Source of the DNA: a virus
Taxonomy: Duplodnaviria; Caudoviricetes
Direction: 5' to 3' (one strand)
DNA length: 48,920 nt
IMG/VR virus record: IMGVR_UViG_3300017700_000656
Coordinates: 1 to 48,920 of that record
The notes beneath the pieces were generated by a model that ran no database searches, was not told where the DNA came from, and saw only the letters and a program-made list of their open reading frames with translations. The position numbers were made by a program, and so were the translations under genes. Shown piece by piece: positions 25,536 to 35,390 of this stretch. The first letter of the stretch is position 1. Each line of letters begins with the position of its first letter.

Positions 25536-28500
25536 ATGCCTCCCACGGGCCGCACCCAGCGCACAGATGATCCATTTGCTGGGCTCGGTCTGCCTCGAAT
25601 GCCGTCGGGCGGGTCGTTAGACTCGCTCGATTCGGATCCCTTCGCAGAGCTCAACCTCCCCAAATCACGCGCCGGCGACGTGACCTCCACGGGTCTGCGC
25701 GTCCTTCCTGCCGTGGCCGGTGGGTTCTTCGGTCCTGTCGGCGGTGCTGTCGGCGCCGGTGCCGGTGAGCTCATCGCGCAACTGTATGAGGGCGAAGGGT
25801 TTAATCCGTCGCAAGTGGCGCTGCAGGCCGGTCTTGGCGCGATTCCTGGCGCGAAAGCGTTCCGTGACCTGAAGGGGTTTTCGGGGATGCTGGCTCGGGG
25901 CGGCGTCAACGCGGCGGTCGGTGCGGCCATCGGTGGCCCGTCGCAAGTGCTGACCGAAGAAGTTGCGCGCGAAGGACTCAAGGGGTTCGACGTGTTCGAC
26001 CTCGAGCCCGGGGTGATGGACCGCATGGAACGTGGCGCCATGTTCGGTAGCATGTTCGGTGGTGGTGCGTCCCTGGGTCTGGACGCCGGTGCGGCGGCGC
26101 TGCGCGGCCGTGCGTCCACGCGGCAGGCCACGATAGACGGACAGTTCGATCCTGATTTCGAAGCCCGCTACAAGGCCGCCGCGGCGCCTCGCTGGAACGG
26201 TGATGCGTCGATGCCGCGCACGGCTGCGACATCTTTGACGCCGATGGCGCCTGACCTGTCGTACGGACTTCCGCCGGCGATTCCGTTGCCGCCGCCGGCG
26301 CCGCTCCCTGACGTCATTCCTCAGCCGTTCGCGCCTCCCCCGCCGGTGGCGCCGGTTGAGTCGATGCCGCTCATGGCGCGGCCGACCCGCCAGTACGACG
26401 AATTGTTCGATGGGCTCGAAGAAGCGGCGCCTGTCGCGGAGCCGGCGCTGTCGCCCGAACTGCAAGCGTTGGTCGACATGGGTGTGGACCCGGCTGTCGC
26501 CCGACAGTTGACGCCGGCGGACGCGGCCGAAGTGATGCGGGGCCTACAGGATGACATTCCGCCCACGACGCTGGTGCGTGAGGGTCTTGAGGGGCCGAAT
26601 GCCGAACTGTTCGACGCCTACATGGCGCGGGCCTTGGAAGCCAATCCGGACGTGATGCCATCCACCGTCCGCGAGAATTTCGACTTCTCGCTGGAACGGT
26701 TTCTCGATGCGAACCAGGTCGAGCCTGAGGGCTTGACGCCGCAGGAGATCATGAAGGCGATCGCCGCGCGCGGTGGCCTGCAGGAAGCCGATGATTTCGC
26801 GGGGGACCAGTGGAACCGTGAACGGCGGCCGAACGCCGAACTGCAGCGCATGAAGGACTTGGCCGGGTGGTCCGGTTACACCACGTCGGGCCGCTTCGGT
26901 TCGGCGCTCGGCGTGCCCGGTGTCTTCCGTAAGGCCGGGCGCACGATCGACGGCATGGTGGCCGACCTTCGGGATGATCCCCGCTTTGCAGAAGCGCAGT
27001 ACCCGAATGACCTGATCAAGCTGTTCGAAGACGCCGTGACCCGTGACCAGCGCGCGAAGGCGCGGCGCACGACGCCGACGTTGGACGACCTGGCGTTGCC
27101 CGAGTCGATGACGGCGATCGGGGCGCGCACGGTTGAAGAACCCAACCCGCTCGATGAAATTCTCCGCATCTTTGCCGATGAGGAAATCGCGGCGTCCGGG
27201 GTGCCTGTTGAGGATGTGAGCACGGTGGCGCGGCGGGAACTGGCCGCGATGGGCGCGCGTGACCTTGAAGCGATGTCGGCTGTGCGTGGCACCGCTCAAG
27301 ACGTGCCGATGACGGACGTCGCCCAGCGGTTGGAAGCGGAACGCAACCTGCCGGCCGATGCGGAGCTCGAGGCGCTGATGGCGCGCGAAGCCGTGCCGGT
27401 GGTCGAGGACTGGAAGCGGCCGGGCAAAGGTGATGTGCTCGAAGACGTGTTGCCGACCGCAAAGTTTGGCGGGATGCAGGATGACGGTCTTGGCGGCGAA
27501 TTCCCGATCTACACGCTGGAAGGTGGCCCGCGCGATGGGTCTACGGTCGGTGCGGACACCTTGCGGCAGATGGGGATCGAACCGCCGCCTATGGCTGGCC
27601 GGGCTCCGCAAGACGTCCTGTTGCCTGGCACCGAAGACGTGCGCCGTGTCGAAAATGCCACACCAGAAGTGGCCGACGTGCCGTTCTCGCTGGAAGCTCC
27701 ACAAGGCGCGGTCAAGGCCGAACGCGCGGCGCGCGGCGCGAAGGAAGCGGATTCTCAATCGTCACTCGATGACTTCTTCGGCAACCCGGAACGCGGCGCC
27801 ATTGCGCCAGGTGCGCTCGGTTCGGTCGCCGGCGGTGTGACCGGTGCCACGGGCGGCGCGTTGTCGATCGATGAGGACGATACGACGGGCGAGAAGGTCG
27901 CCAAGGTTCTTGGTGGTGCAGCTGTGGGGGCCGGTGCTGGTGGTGCGATTGGGGCTCGAGTCGGTAATCCGCCGGCGGCCGCCAACGGAGGACGGGGCGC
28001 ACCCCCGGCATCGGCGCCGACTACGCGGCCGTCGGCTACTGCCGCCGAAACGATCACCACGCCGCGGGGCCGGCCGGTGGCGCTGCCGAAGTATGCCGGC
28101 AACATCAACCTCGAACGGCTGAACACGACCGATGGCGTCAAGGCGACGATCGACCAGATTGCCCGCGACTTGCGGCCGCAGATGGAGAACGCGCGCCGGG
28201 GCCGTATCGCCCAGGACGTCACCCGGCAGATGGCCGCCGAACTCGGCATGACCGAAGCGGAACTTCTCAGCCGACGCCGTGGCCAGGCGTTCAACGCGGA
28301 GCAGGCGCTTGCCGCCCGCGAGATCAACGCGGCCTCGGCCCGCCGGTTGACCGAAGCGGCAAACGCGGTGCGAGAGGCGCCAACCCCCGAGAATTACACC
28401 CGGCTGATGTCGTCGCTGCAGCAGCAAGTCGCCATTCAGGAACAGATTGCCGGCGCCACGGCCGAAGCGGGCCGGTCGCTGGCGCAGTTCCGCATGATGG

Positions 28501-30320
28501 CCAACGACACCCTTTCGTTGCCGGAACTGAACGAGCTCGTGATGTCGGCCGGCGGCACCGAAAGCATGGATGCTCTCGCCCGCCGCATTCAGGAGATCGA
28601 CCCGACCAACATCCGTGCGATGAACCAGTTTGCCCGTGAAGCCTCGAAGGCGACGATGGGCGACAAGGTGTACGAAGCGTGGATCAACGCCCTGTTGTCG
28701 GGTCCGGTGACGCACGTCGCCAACACCATCTCGAACGGCCTCACGGTGGCGACGCACCCGGTCGAGAAGACGGTCGCCGGCCTGCTGGACATGCTGCGCG
28801 CCAAAGTCTCAGGGACGCCCCAAGAGCGGTTCGCCCGCGAGGGCGCCTACGCGGTCGCCGGCCTGTGGAAAGGCGTCTCTGGCGCCCTGCGGGCTGGCCT
28901 GACGTCGGCTATCAGTGATACCCCGTCCTTCGGTATCGGCCGACAGGAGCAGACCCCGGGCGGCAAGATTGGCGGCACGCTCGGCCACGTCGTCCGCGCC
29001 CCCTCCAAGGCGCTGCTCTTTGAAGATGAATTCTTCAAGAACATCGTGTACTCGGCGGACCTGCACGCCAGGGCGCTGCGCACCGCGGCGCGCGAAGGGC
29101 TCAAGGGCCGTGCGCTGGGCGATCGCGTCGCGGAAATCCTGCAGAACCCGCCGGAAAACATGCGCGCGGCTGGCCAGAAGGAAGCCCTCTACCGGACCTT
29201 CAACACCCCGTTGACGGCGCGGTGGGAAAAGGCGCTGATGAACCTGCGGGCGTCGGTGCCCGGCGCGCGGTGGATCATCCCGTTCGTGCGCACGCCGATC
29301 AACGTCGCCAAATTCGGCCTCGAGCGGACCCCGCTACAGCTGGGCAACGTCATCGCCAAGATTGCCAAGGGTGACTTGTCGATACCGGAATTGGGTGAGG
29401 AAGGGGCCAAGGTCGCCATCGGCGCCAGCCTGGCCATGGGTGTTGCCGCGGCGTACGAGAACGGCATGATTACCGGGGGCGGGTCGCCTGACCGGTCCAA
29501 ACATGCGACAGAAGCGGTCACACGTCCCGACTATTCGATGAAGATCGGGGACCAGTGGTATTCGTTCCAGCGTCTCGAACCGCTCGGCATTTCGATTGGC
29601 CTGGTGGCGGACTTCATGGAGTCGCTGAAGACGGGTAAGCAAAGCCCCGAACAACTGCCGGCGAAGCTGCTGTATTCCTTCGCTAAGAACATCCAGTCCA
29701 AGACGTTCCTGCAGGGATTGACCGGCTTCTTCAACGTGCTGTCGGACTACCCGCGGTACGGCGACGAATGGATCAACCGCATGGGCGGGTCAATCGTCCC
29801 GACGGCCGTCGCCCAGGTTGCCCGCGCAAACGACCCTATCGCGCGCAAGCCAGGCTCGGTGAAGGAAGCGATTGTGAACCGCATGGGTGGCGGTGAGTCG
29901 TTGCCGCCGATGCTGGACGTCTTCGGCCGCCCCATCACGTCGGACATGGATCCGCTCGAGCGTCTGTTGTCGCCGGTGCAGCGCCGCAACGTGGTCGACG
30001 ACCCATTGGTCGATGAGCTCGGCCGGCTGGGCATCACCCTGTCGGTGCCGTCCGAACGGCTGACGGTTGAGGGGCACGAGCTCACCCGGGCGCAAAAGAG
30101 CACGTTGGCGCAAGCCCGTGGCCAGAGCGTCAAACGGGAGCTCGATGAACTGCTGGACTCCCCCACCTTCCAGCGGTTGGACGATGACGACCGTCGGGAG
30201 CGTATCGAACGGGCCATCAACCAGGCCCGCGACGCCGTGGCGCGCAAGGCCCGCAGCCGAATCCGCCGCGATGTGCCGTTGACCCTCGAAGACCTGCTCG
30301 GCATCGAACCTGCACAGTAA
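25536..30320 (+). CDS. Large internal virion/DNA-ejection protein (1594 aa), large-polyvalent-protein-like C-terminus
   Basis: Gly-zipper segments; motifs AWINALLSGPVTH, IPFVRTPIN, YSMKIGDQWYSFQRLEP, SKTFLQG, DVFGRPI. Confidence 0.75.
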   Translation: MPPTGRTQRTDDPFAGLGLPRMPSGGSLDSLDSDPFAELNLPKSRAGDVTSTGLRVLPAVAGGFFGPVGGAVGAGAGELIAQLYEGEGFNPSQVALQAGLGAIPGAKAFRDLKGFSGMLARGGVNAAVGAAIGGPSQVLTEEVAREGLKGFDVFDLEPGVMDRMERGAMFGSMFGGGASLGLDAGAAALRGRASTRQATIDGQFDPDFEARYKAAAAPRWNGDASMPRTAATSLTPMAPDLSYGLPPAIPLPPPAPLPDVIPQPFAPPPPVAPVESMPLMARPTRQYDELFDGLEEAAPVAEPALSPELQALVDMGVDPAVARQLTPADAAEVMRGLQDDIPPTTLVREGLEGPNAELFDAYMARALEANPDVMPSTVRENFDFSLERFLDANQVEPEGLTPQEIMKAIAARGGLQEADDFAGDQWNRERRPNAELQRMKDLAGWSGYTTSGRFGSALGVPGVFRKAGRTIDGMVADLRDDPRFAEAQYPNDLIKLFEDAVTRDQRAKARRTTPTLDDLALPESMTAIGARTVEEPNPLDEILRIFADEEIAASGVPVEDVSTVARRELAAMGARDLEAMSAVRGTAQDVPMTDVAQRLEAERNLPADAELEALMAREAVPVVEDWKRPGKGDVLEDVLPTAKFGGMQDDGLGGEFPIYTLEGGPRDGSTVGADTLRQMGIEPPPMAGRAPQDVLLPGTEDVRRVENATPEVADVPFSLEAPQGAVKAERAARGAKEADSQSSLDDFFGNPERGAIAPGALGSVAGGVTGATGGALSIDEDDTTGEKVAKVLGGAAVGAGAGGAIGARVGNPPAAANGGRGAPPASAPTTRPSATAAETITTPRGRPVALPKYAGNINLERLNTTDGVKATIDQIARDLRPQMENARRGRIAQDVTRQMAAELGMTEAELLSRRRGQAFNAEQALAAREINAASARRLTEAANAVREAPTPENYTRLMSSLQQQVAIQEQIAGATAEAGRSLAQFRMMANDTLSLPELNELVMSAGGTESMDALARRIQEIDPTNIRAMNQFAREASKATMGDKVYEAWINALLSGPVTHVANTISNGLTVATHPVEKTVAGLLDMLRAKVSGTPQERFAREGAYAVAGLWKGVSGALRAGLTSAISDTPSFGIGRQEQTPGGKIGGTLGHVVRAPSKALLFEDEFFKNIVYSADLHARALRTAAREGLKGRALGDRVAEILQNPPENMRAAGQKEALYRTFNTPLTARWEKALMNLRASVPGARWIIPFVRTPINVAKFGLERTPLQLGNVIAKIAKGDLSIPELGEEGAKVAIGASLAMGVAAAYENGMITGGGSPDRSKHATEAVTRPDYSMKIGDQWYSFQRLEPLGISIGLVADFMESLKTGKQSPEQLPAKLLYSFAKNIQSKTFLQGLTGFFNVLSDYPRYGDEWINRMGGSIVPTAVAQVARANDPIARKPGSVKEAIVNRMGGGESLPPMLDVFGRPITSDMDPLERLLSPVQRRNVVDDPLVDELGRLGITLSVPSERLTVEGHELTRAQKSTLAQARGQSVKRELDELLDSPTFQRLDDDDRRERIERAINQARDAVARKARSRIRRDVPLTLEDLLGIEPAQ

Positions 30321-30327
30321 ATGGGGG

Positions 30328-30627
30328 ATGGCCCTCATCCCTGAGCCCCAATGGTTCCGAACGCTTGTGTTATCCTTGCGCCGATTTCAAATGTCGAAGG
30401 CTGATTTCCTGAAGTTAGCTATCGCGGCGCTCGTGGCCTACTTTACGGCGATGGTTTCGACAGAACACCGGATTTCGGTGTCGGAAACCAGGCTGGGCAC
30501 GCAAATTGAGCTTTTGAACAAGGTCGATGAGAACGTCCAGTGGCTCGTGAAGGAAATGGTCGATACCGCGGCCCGCGTGCGACATCTAGAGCAGCAAGAC
30601 AAACCACCAGTACGGAAAGGCAGGTAG
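30328..30627 (+). CDS. Membrane-anchored coiled-coil protein (holin- or spanin-like; start may be 30391)
   Basis: TM segment LAIAALVAYFTAMV followed by a coiled coil; first gene of the lysis-like cassette. Confidence 0.6.
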   Translation: MALIPEPQWFRTLVLSLRRFQMSKADFLKLAIAALVAYFTAMVSTEHRISVSETRLGTQIELLNKVDENVQWLVKEMVDTAARVRHLEQQDKPPVRKGR

Positions 30628-30631
30628 CACC

Positions 30632-31405
30632 GTGATCCCGAATTTCAAGGCCAACGTCGAGTCGTGCAAGAACAAGTTCCCAGAGGCATGGAAAAATGCG
30701 CACACTGGCAACTCGATGACGCACGATTTCATTCGGATCGTGGCGGCCGACATTCACAAGGCCGACAAGCGGTTCGGTCTGGTGGGCCAGTACGGCAACC
30801 CGAACGACCTGGCGGAAGACGCTTTGTGCTTTGCCGGCAGCGGCATCGGCTTCGACCCGACCAATGGTGATGCGCCAGTCACAGTCATTGACATCATCAG
30901 CGATGCCGGCGGTGACAACCCCCAGCCGGCCTGGCAGGTGTTGGACGACCCGAACATCCCCTCCCATTCGGGGCCCGCCGCGTGGGTGCAGCCGGCCGCC
31001 GGCGAGATTCCCGAACCTGGTCCCGAACCGGTGCCGCCGGTCGAACTGAACTTCCCGCCGCGCGACGCCAACGGGCGTTTCTTCCAGCGGTTGGACGACT
31101 ACTACCGCGATCACGGCCGGCCGAACCGGTGCGAGACGGGCGAACCGTTGCACGTCGACAACGAAGGCTTGTTCGTGTGGCCAAACGAATTCACGCGCCA
31201 CTACCTGACCAACGGCAACGACGAGCAGGCGGCCAGCGATAGCGCGATGGCTGATGTCGAAGCGGCGTGGCCGAAGGACGCAGCGGAAGAACGTCGTGTC
31301 GCGGACGTGTCGACGCTTTCGGCGGAAGAAGCGGAATCGTTGGCCCTGATCGAAGAACTCGGCGGCGTCGATGAACGCCGTGGCGAGAAGGGTGACGGCG
31401 AATGA
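30632..31405 (+). CDS. Acidic two-domain hypothetical protein in the lysis cassette (257 aa)
   Basis: GTG start; PEPGPEPVPP linker; flanked by membrane-protein genes. Confidence 0.75.
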   Translation: MIPNFKANVESCKNKFPEAWKNAHTGNSMTHDFIRIVAADIHKADKRFGLVGQYGNPNDLAEDALCFAGSGIGFDPTNGDAPVTVIDIISDAGGDNPQPAWQVLDDPNIPSHSGPAAWVQPAAGEIPEPGPEPVPPVELNFPPRDANGRFFQRLDDYYRDHGRPNRCETGEPLHVDNEGLFVWPNEFTRHYLTNGNDEQAASDSAMADVEAAWPKDAAEERRVADVSTLSAEEAESLALIEELGGVDERRGEKGDGE

Positions 31406-31713
31406 TTCGCCTCGCTGTCGGCATCTTGGCGATTGCGTTCCGGTACGGGATCGTCTACCTGGCGGCCGCGCTCGGCTTGACCGACCTGGCCGACCAATAC
31501 ATGTCGGAGATTCAACAGTGGTGCGCGTCGGCGGCCCTGTTCACCGTGACGTTGGCGTACGCCATCTGGAAGTACATCTACAACAAGAAAAAGCAGGCGA
31601 CGGCCCAGGCCACGCCCTACGTGACGACCGAAGCGGCCCTTGAGTCGAAGATCAAGTTCGGGGGCGCCGCATCAATCACCGCACCGAAGGACGAAGTTCC
31701 CGACTATGGGTAG
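31402..31713 (+). CDS. Putative holin (103 aa)
   Basis: Two hydrophobic helices followed by a basic patch (YNKKK); ATGA-coupled. Confidence 0.6.
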   Translation: MIRLAVGILAIAFRYGIVYLAAALGLTDLADQYMSEIQQWCASAALFTVTLAYAIWKYIYNKKKQATAQATPYVTTEAALESKIKFGGAASITAPKDEVPDYG

Positions 31714-31960
31714 CGAGAACCTGTCGCTGCTCGAGCAAGCCAAGGCGGACGCCAAGAAACGGGCGTCCGCTCCACTTGAGCCCACCCCGAACCACCAGAC
31801 CACGGTCGATTTCCAGGCAACGCCGAAGGACGCGACGGTCGCGGTCGGCACCGAACACCGGTTCAAGCGGTGGTCACTGGCGGCGCAAGCGTTCTTCCGG
31901 CGGAAGTTCGGGCGGGACGGTGGGAATGAAGGCGGCGTGAACGGGCAGATCAAGTTCTAG
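31706..31960 (+). CDS. Hypothetical beta-strand-rich protein ending in Phe (84 aa)
   Basis: ATG at 31706 overlaps the holin-like gene; last plus-strand gene. Confidence 0.6.
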   Translation: MGSENLSLLEQAKADAKKRASAPLEPTPNHQTTVDFQATPKDATVAVGTEHRFKRWSLAAQAFFRRKFGRDGGNEGGVNGQIKF

Positions 31961-32445
31961 GGGTCGATGATGGTGATGGGGAAGTCCGTTGGGACGCCCC
32001 GTTTCCGTTCCATACGGGTCCGCGCAATATCGGCAACAAACACCAGTTCGGCGTGGCCCGGGTCCACCGGGTCGAGCCATCGGCCTCCCCACCGCAACCC
32101 CAGGCGCTCAACTTCTTCCCCGACAATCTTCCACTGTGGGTCGGACGAATTCCAATTCAGTTTGTCGGGCCCATGTGCCAAGTATTCCTCGTACAAACAG
32201 ATGTCGATCGCATCGGACTTTTCGTTGTTGTCGGCGTCGGTGCTCAGCACCCCGCGGAGGGCGCGCGGCAGGTGCTTGGACAGTGGCGTCTTGCTGGTCC
32301 CCTTGAGCAAGTTCTGGGTGTGCTCGTGGCGCGTGCGCAGCGTGTCGATGATCATCACCATGACGCCGCGCTCGGTGAGCCTGGCCAAGAGCTCGAACGC
32401 CTTGGGACGTAGGGGTGAACTGAGGTCGTTGAGGGCTCGGCTCAT
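31957..32445 (-). CDS. M15-family Zn peptidase (L-Ala-D-Glu endolysin-like)
   Basis: Motifs LRT..H..NL..G.S, SKH...DAID, LGLRWGGRW, DPGHAE; ATGA-coupled start MSRALNDL. Confidence 0.85.
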   Translation of the reverse strand: MSRALNDLSSPLRPKAFELLARLTERGVMVMIIDTLRTRHEHTQNLLKGTSKTPLSKHLPRALRGVLSTDADNNEKSDAIDICLYEEYLAHGPDKLNWNSSDPQWKIVGEEVERLGLRWGGRWLDPVDPGHAELVFVADIARTRMERKRGVPTDFPITIIDP

Positions 32446-32603
32446 GGTCGACCACAATACATCAGCCGAGACGTCACCCGTTGGCACTCTGCACAGCGGT
32501 AGAAGACGCAGCCGTTGCACGGTTCGAGGACGCGATCAGTGGTGGTGTGCCAGAAGGGGCACGGGCCGACCAGTCGATTGAGCCAGTAGCGGATCCTGTT
32601 CAT
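32442..32603 (-). CDS. Small Cys-rich protein (53 aa; absent from the ORF track)
   Basis: MNRIRYWLNRLVGPCPFWH...CNGC...CAEC; fills the gap and its stop overlaps the next ATG. Confidence 0.65.
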   Translation of the reverse strand: MNRIRYWLNRLVGPCPFWHTTTDRVLEPCNGCVFYRCAECQRVTSRLMYCGRP

Positions 32604-32606
32604 GGG

Positions 32607-33068
32607 TCACATCTCCAAGATGTCGATGCCGTACTGTAGCTTCATCCACTTCTTTTTCAGGGTGTAGGTGTCAGTTGGGAAACCCTTGGCGTCCGCGACG
32701 ACCTTCTTGTCGGTCTGCAGGTCGTCGTAGCGGAAGTCGCAAGCGTAGGTTGTGACGGTCACTGGCGCCCGTCCAAACATCTCGCCGTTCGTGAACGCCG
32801 GGCATTGCAGGTCGAACTTAACCTGGCGTTCGAGGTTGCCGATGAGTCCGGCTTCCTCCTTCTGTCGCAACACGATCCAGCACTTGGCCTCACGCTTGGA
32901 CCGGAAGAAAATCCAGCCGTGCGCGTCGCGTTCCTTCTTGTCCATCTTGGCGCCGGCGTCCTGGTCGAGCAGCTGTAGATCGGGCGTGACGTAGCACCCC
33001 TTCGAGAAGCCGGCGGTTTTGTTTTGGCCGCCGGTGCCGCGGCCGCCGAAGGTGAATCGGCGGCTCAT
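32607..33068 (-). CDS. DUF1064-like PD-(D/E)XK endonuclease
   Basis: Motifs FRSKREA, LERQVKFDL, YACDFRY, VVADAKG, YTLKKK. Confidence 0.85.
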   Translation of the reverse strand: MSRRFTFGGRGTGGQNKTAGFSKGCYVTPDLQLLDQDAGAKMDKKERDAHGWIFFRSKREAKCWIVLRQKEEAGLIGNLERQVKFDLQCPAFTNGEMFGRAPVTVTTYACDFRYDDLQTDKKVVADAKGFPTDTYTLKKKWMKLQYGIDILEM

Positions 33069-33355
33069 GGCTTCGCCTCAAGTGCTGCTGTCACAGCTTC
33101 GCATTCCCGGTGGTGGCGGCCACGGCCGCAGTATTCCGAGTGGATGGCCTCACCGGCTCTTTGCAGCGCCGCGCGCAGGCGGTCGGCCTCGGTCGGTGCG
33201 GTGTGTCCAGGCGCGAACCAAAACACCACGTCATCGCGTGATGGGACGTACGCCCGATGTAACCCTAAGTGGCCGGTAGCCTGGTCGCAAACGTGATTAC
33301 CATTCGTGATGCGGCAAAGTGGGGTGGTGCTCATTTGTTCTTCTTCGCGTTTCAT
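33065..33355 (-). CDS. Hypothetical Cys/His-rich protein
   Basis: C...C...GH.G.H motif; coupled ORF. Confidence 0.65.
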   Translation of the reverse strand: MKREEEQMSTTPLCRITNGNHVCDQATGHLGLHRAYVPSRDDVVFWFAPGHTAPTEADRLRAALQRAGEAIHSEYCGRGRHHRECEAVTAALEAKP

Positions 33356-33531
33356 CGGATCCTCGTTATCGTCTTCGGGTTGTCGAATTCACCAGCGCAC
33401 GCATAGAACACTTCCGGCCATGACGCGAATAGGCACGGGTTGATGTTCCACGACAGGCGCCGGCAGCTGATGCCGTTGGGCGTGACGGTGAATTCGAGCT
33501 CGTCACGGTCCAACGGCAATTCGCGCTGCAT
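33352..33531 (-). CDS. Hypothetical protein (59 aa, MQRELPL...; absent from the ORF track)
   Basis: Fills the gap; its stop overlaps the next ATG (CGATGA). Confidence 0.6.
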   Translation of the reverse strand: MQRELPLDRDELEFTVTPNGISCRRLSWNINPCLFASWPEVFYACAGEFDNPKTITRIR

Positions 33532-33540
33532 CGGGTCGCT

Positions 33541-34002
33541 TTAGAACGGCGAGTCCGTGAGGGCACTTTCCGGGGCTGGCGTTAGGGGCACGCGGCGAAT
33601 GAAGTCCACGGCGTAGATGTCGCCGTCGGGCATCTGCCGCTTGATGCGCTGGGAGTCTCCCAGCTGTTTGGGGTCCATCGCGCGCCAGCCATTGAGCTCG
33701 AACGGGCGCAGCACTTCCGCGATCGCCGCGGCGCGGGCGGCGCGTTCCTCGGGCAAGCCGGCGCACTGAATCAACTGCGTCTCGCGCTCGGTATGCATCG
33801 GGCCCTCGGCCGGCGCATCGTTCATCGTGAGGCGCGCGTCCACCGGGTAGTGGTGCAGGCCGCCCTTGCTGATGGCGTGGCCCACGGCCGCCCAATCAGC
33901 TTCGATCACGGCGACGGCGCGGGCGTCGATCGGGTCGTAGAGTTCGATGCGCAGATTGAGTTCATTGCGCGTCACGGTCATGCGGATCGTCTTCGGATTC
34001 AT
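33541..34002 (-). CDS. Hypothetical protein (153 aa) ending in DSPF
   Basis: TGATG overlap at 34002; begins MNPKTIR. Confidence 0.7.
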   Translation of the reverse strand: MNPKTIRMTVTRNELNLRIELYDPIDARAVAVIEADWAAVGHAISKGGLHHYPVDARLTMNDAPAEGPMHTERETQLIQCAGLPEERAARAAAIAEVLRPFELNGWRAMDPKQLGDSQRIKRQMPDGDIYAVDFIRRVPLTPAPESALTDSPF

Positions 34003-34445
34003 CAGCCTTCTTCTCCTGGTTCGCGGGGTTGTGCCGCCGGCGGCAGGGAGAGGGGTTCTCCGATGGCCTTGGCGGCGTCGGTGGCATTTTGCCAGCACTC
34101 GCACCTGGCTAGTCTGTGGACGCCGGCGGCGTCCGTGACTTCGACCCAATGCGATTGGTCGGCGTGTGGGCATTCCTTGAGGGCGGACTTCCAGACGGCC
34201 TCGCGGAGTTCGGCCATCAAGCTGGATGCCCGCTCCCGAATGCGCGCGACGGTCGGGAAGTAGTTTTGCTCCTTGCTCAGTGCATCCAAGGCCGCCACCA
34301 CGACGTCGATGCTCACGTCCTCGAGCTTCTTGAAATAGAACGTGAAGTCGGCTTCGTCCAGTGGCGGCCGCTTCTGCACCGCACGGGCGCACTCGATCAT
34401 CGCCTCGCGGTAGCGGTGTGCCTCGTGTGGGTCTTTCCGGTTCAC
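34002..34445 (-). CDS. Putative helicase loader/inhibitor-like replication protein with Cys-rich tail
   Basis: YFKKLEDVS...VVAALD...YFPTVARIRE pattern; follows the initiator-like ORF. Confidence 0.6.
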   Translation of the reverse strand: MNRKDPHEAHRYREAMIECARAVQKRPPLDEADFTFYFKKLEDVSIDVVVAALDALSKEQNYFPTVARIRERASSLMAELREAVWKSALKECPHADQSHWVEVTDAAGVHRLARCECWQNATDAAKAIGEPLSLPPAAQPREPGEEG

Positions 34446-34708
34446 AGCGTCAAGCCCTCGGGCTCGGCCGGCGCTGCGGGGTCCGCCACGGGTCCGGGGT
34501 TATCGGGTGTCGCCCAGAATTCGGCGTTCGTGATACGCGCCATGTTCTCGTTCGTGAGCGTGTCCACGACGCTGCCGACCTGGGCGCCGGTCCACTTGGA
34601 GTTGCGGCCGACGGCCCGCACTTTCACTTCGACGCGCACGACGAGCCCGTTGCGAACCATTTCGAACGCGCCTTGCTTGTCGCGCGACGTGCGCTTGGGG
34701 GCGCTCAA
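34442..34708 (-). CDS. Hypothetical protein (88 aa)
   Basis: 4-nt overlaps at both ends. Confidence 0.65.
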   Translation of the reverse strand: MSAPKRTSRDKQGAFEMVRNGLVVRVEVKVRAVGRNSKWTGAQVGSVVDTLTNENMARITNAEFWATPDNPGPVADPAAPAEPEGLTL

Positions 34709-34980
34709 GCGGTGGCCTCAGCCGCGGCGCCGGCTTTCGGGAACTTGTGCTCCCCGCAGTTCTCGCCAACCAACGTCGCCGGCCACACGGCCATGGCGTA
34801 GGTGATGCTGCTCTGGGGGTGTTCCTTCACAGAGTTGAAGATGTTCAACGGCACGGGGGCGCTGCGCCGGCAAAGGCCGCTCGTGCCGGGGAAGGGGCCG
34901 ATACTGTTGTCCCAGTACAGGCAGGTGCCGCATTCTTTCGGTTTCGGCGGGGTCGGGGGTGTTGGTGCCATGCGTTTCAT
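34705..34980 (-). CDS. Small 4-Cys metal-binding protein (91 aa)
   Basis: CGTC..W...GLCRR.AP...WP...CGEH; ATGA-coupled. Confidence 0.7.
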   Translation of the reverse strand: MKRMAPTPPTPPKPKECGTCLYWDNSIGPFPGTSGLCRRSAPVPLNIFNSVKEHPQSSITYAMAVWPATLVGENCGEHKFPKAGAAAEATA

Positions 34981-35390
34981 CCTCGTGATGGTCCGTTCAG
35001 TTTTGCCATGAACTGCTGACTGGCCTGCAGTTCGGTGAGTGTCGTGTCGTTCAACTGCGCTTGCTTGCCGTGGGTGATGCACTTACCGACGTTGGCGGCG
35101 AAGACCGCGAACGGGTAGCCGCTCTTTCGGATGAAGGCGTCGGCAAGCCCGAAGAACACCTCGATCCACTGTGTCAAATCGGCCAACGTGTACCGGGTCA
35201 ATAACTGTTTGGCCAGGTTTCCGTCCTTGCCCGGGACGATCGGCGCCGGCTGATTGAACCGCCGGCGGAACGCTGCGTCGTAGGCCGTGAGCAATTCACG
35301 GGTCGGGTAGGTGGCCGGCACCGCCGGGGCGGCCAGGGCGAAGTCCTCATCGTAGTGGCGCTTCGTCCTGACCAATCCGGTCTTGGCCAT
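34977..35390 (-). CDS. Helical protein, possibly replication-initiator-related (137 aa)
   Basis: Lies between the annealing protein and the loader-like gene. Function inferred from context only. Confidence 0.6.
   Translation of the reverse strand: MAKTGLVRTKRHYDEDFALAAPAVPATYPTRELLTAYDAAFRRRFNQPAPIVPGKDGNLAKQLLTRYTLADLTQWIEVFFGLADAFIRKSGYPFAVFAANVGKCITHGKQAQLNDTTLTELQASQQFMAKLNGPSRG

Noticed and set aside
25536-30320. Tape measure protein
   Set aside because: There are no tube, chaperone or baseplate genes, and the motifs and context fit a large ejection or polyvalent protein.
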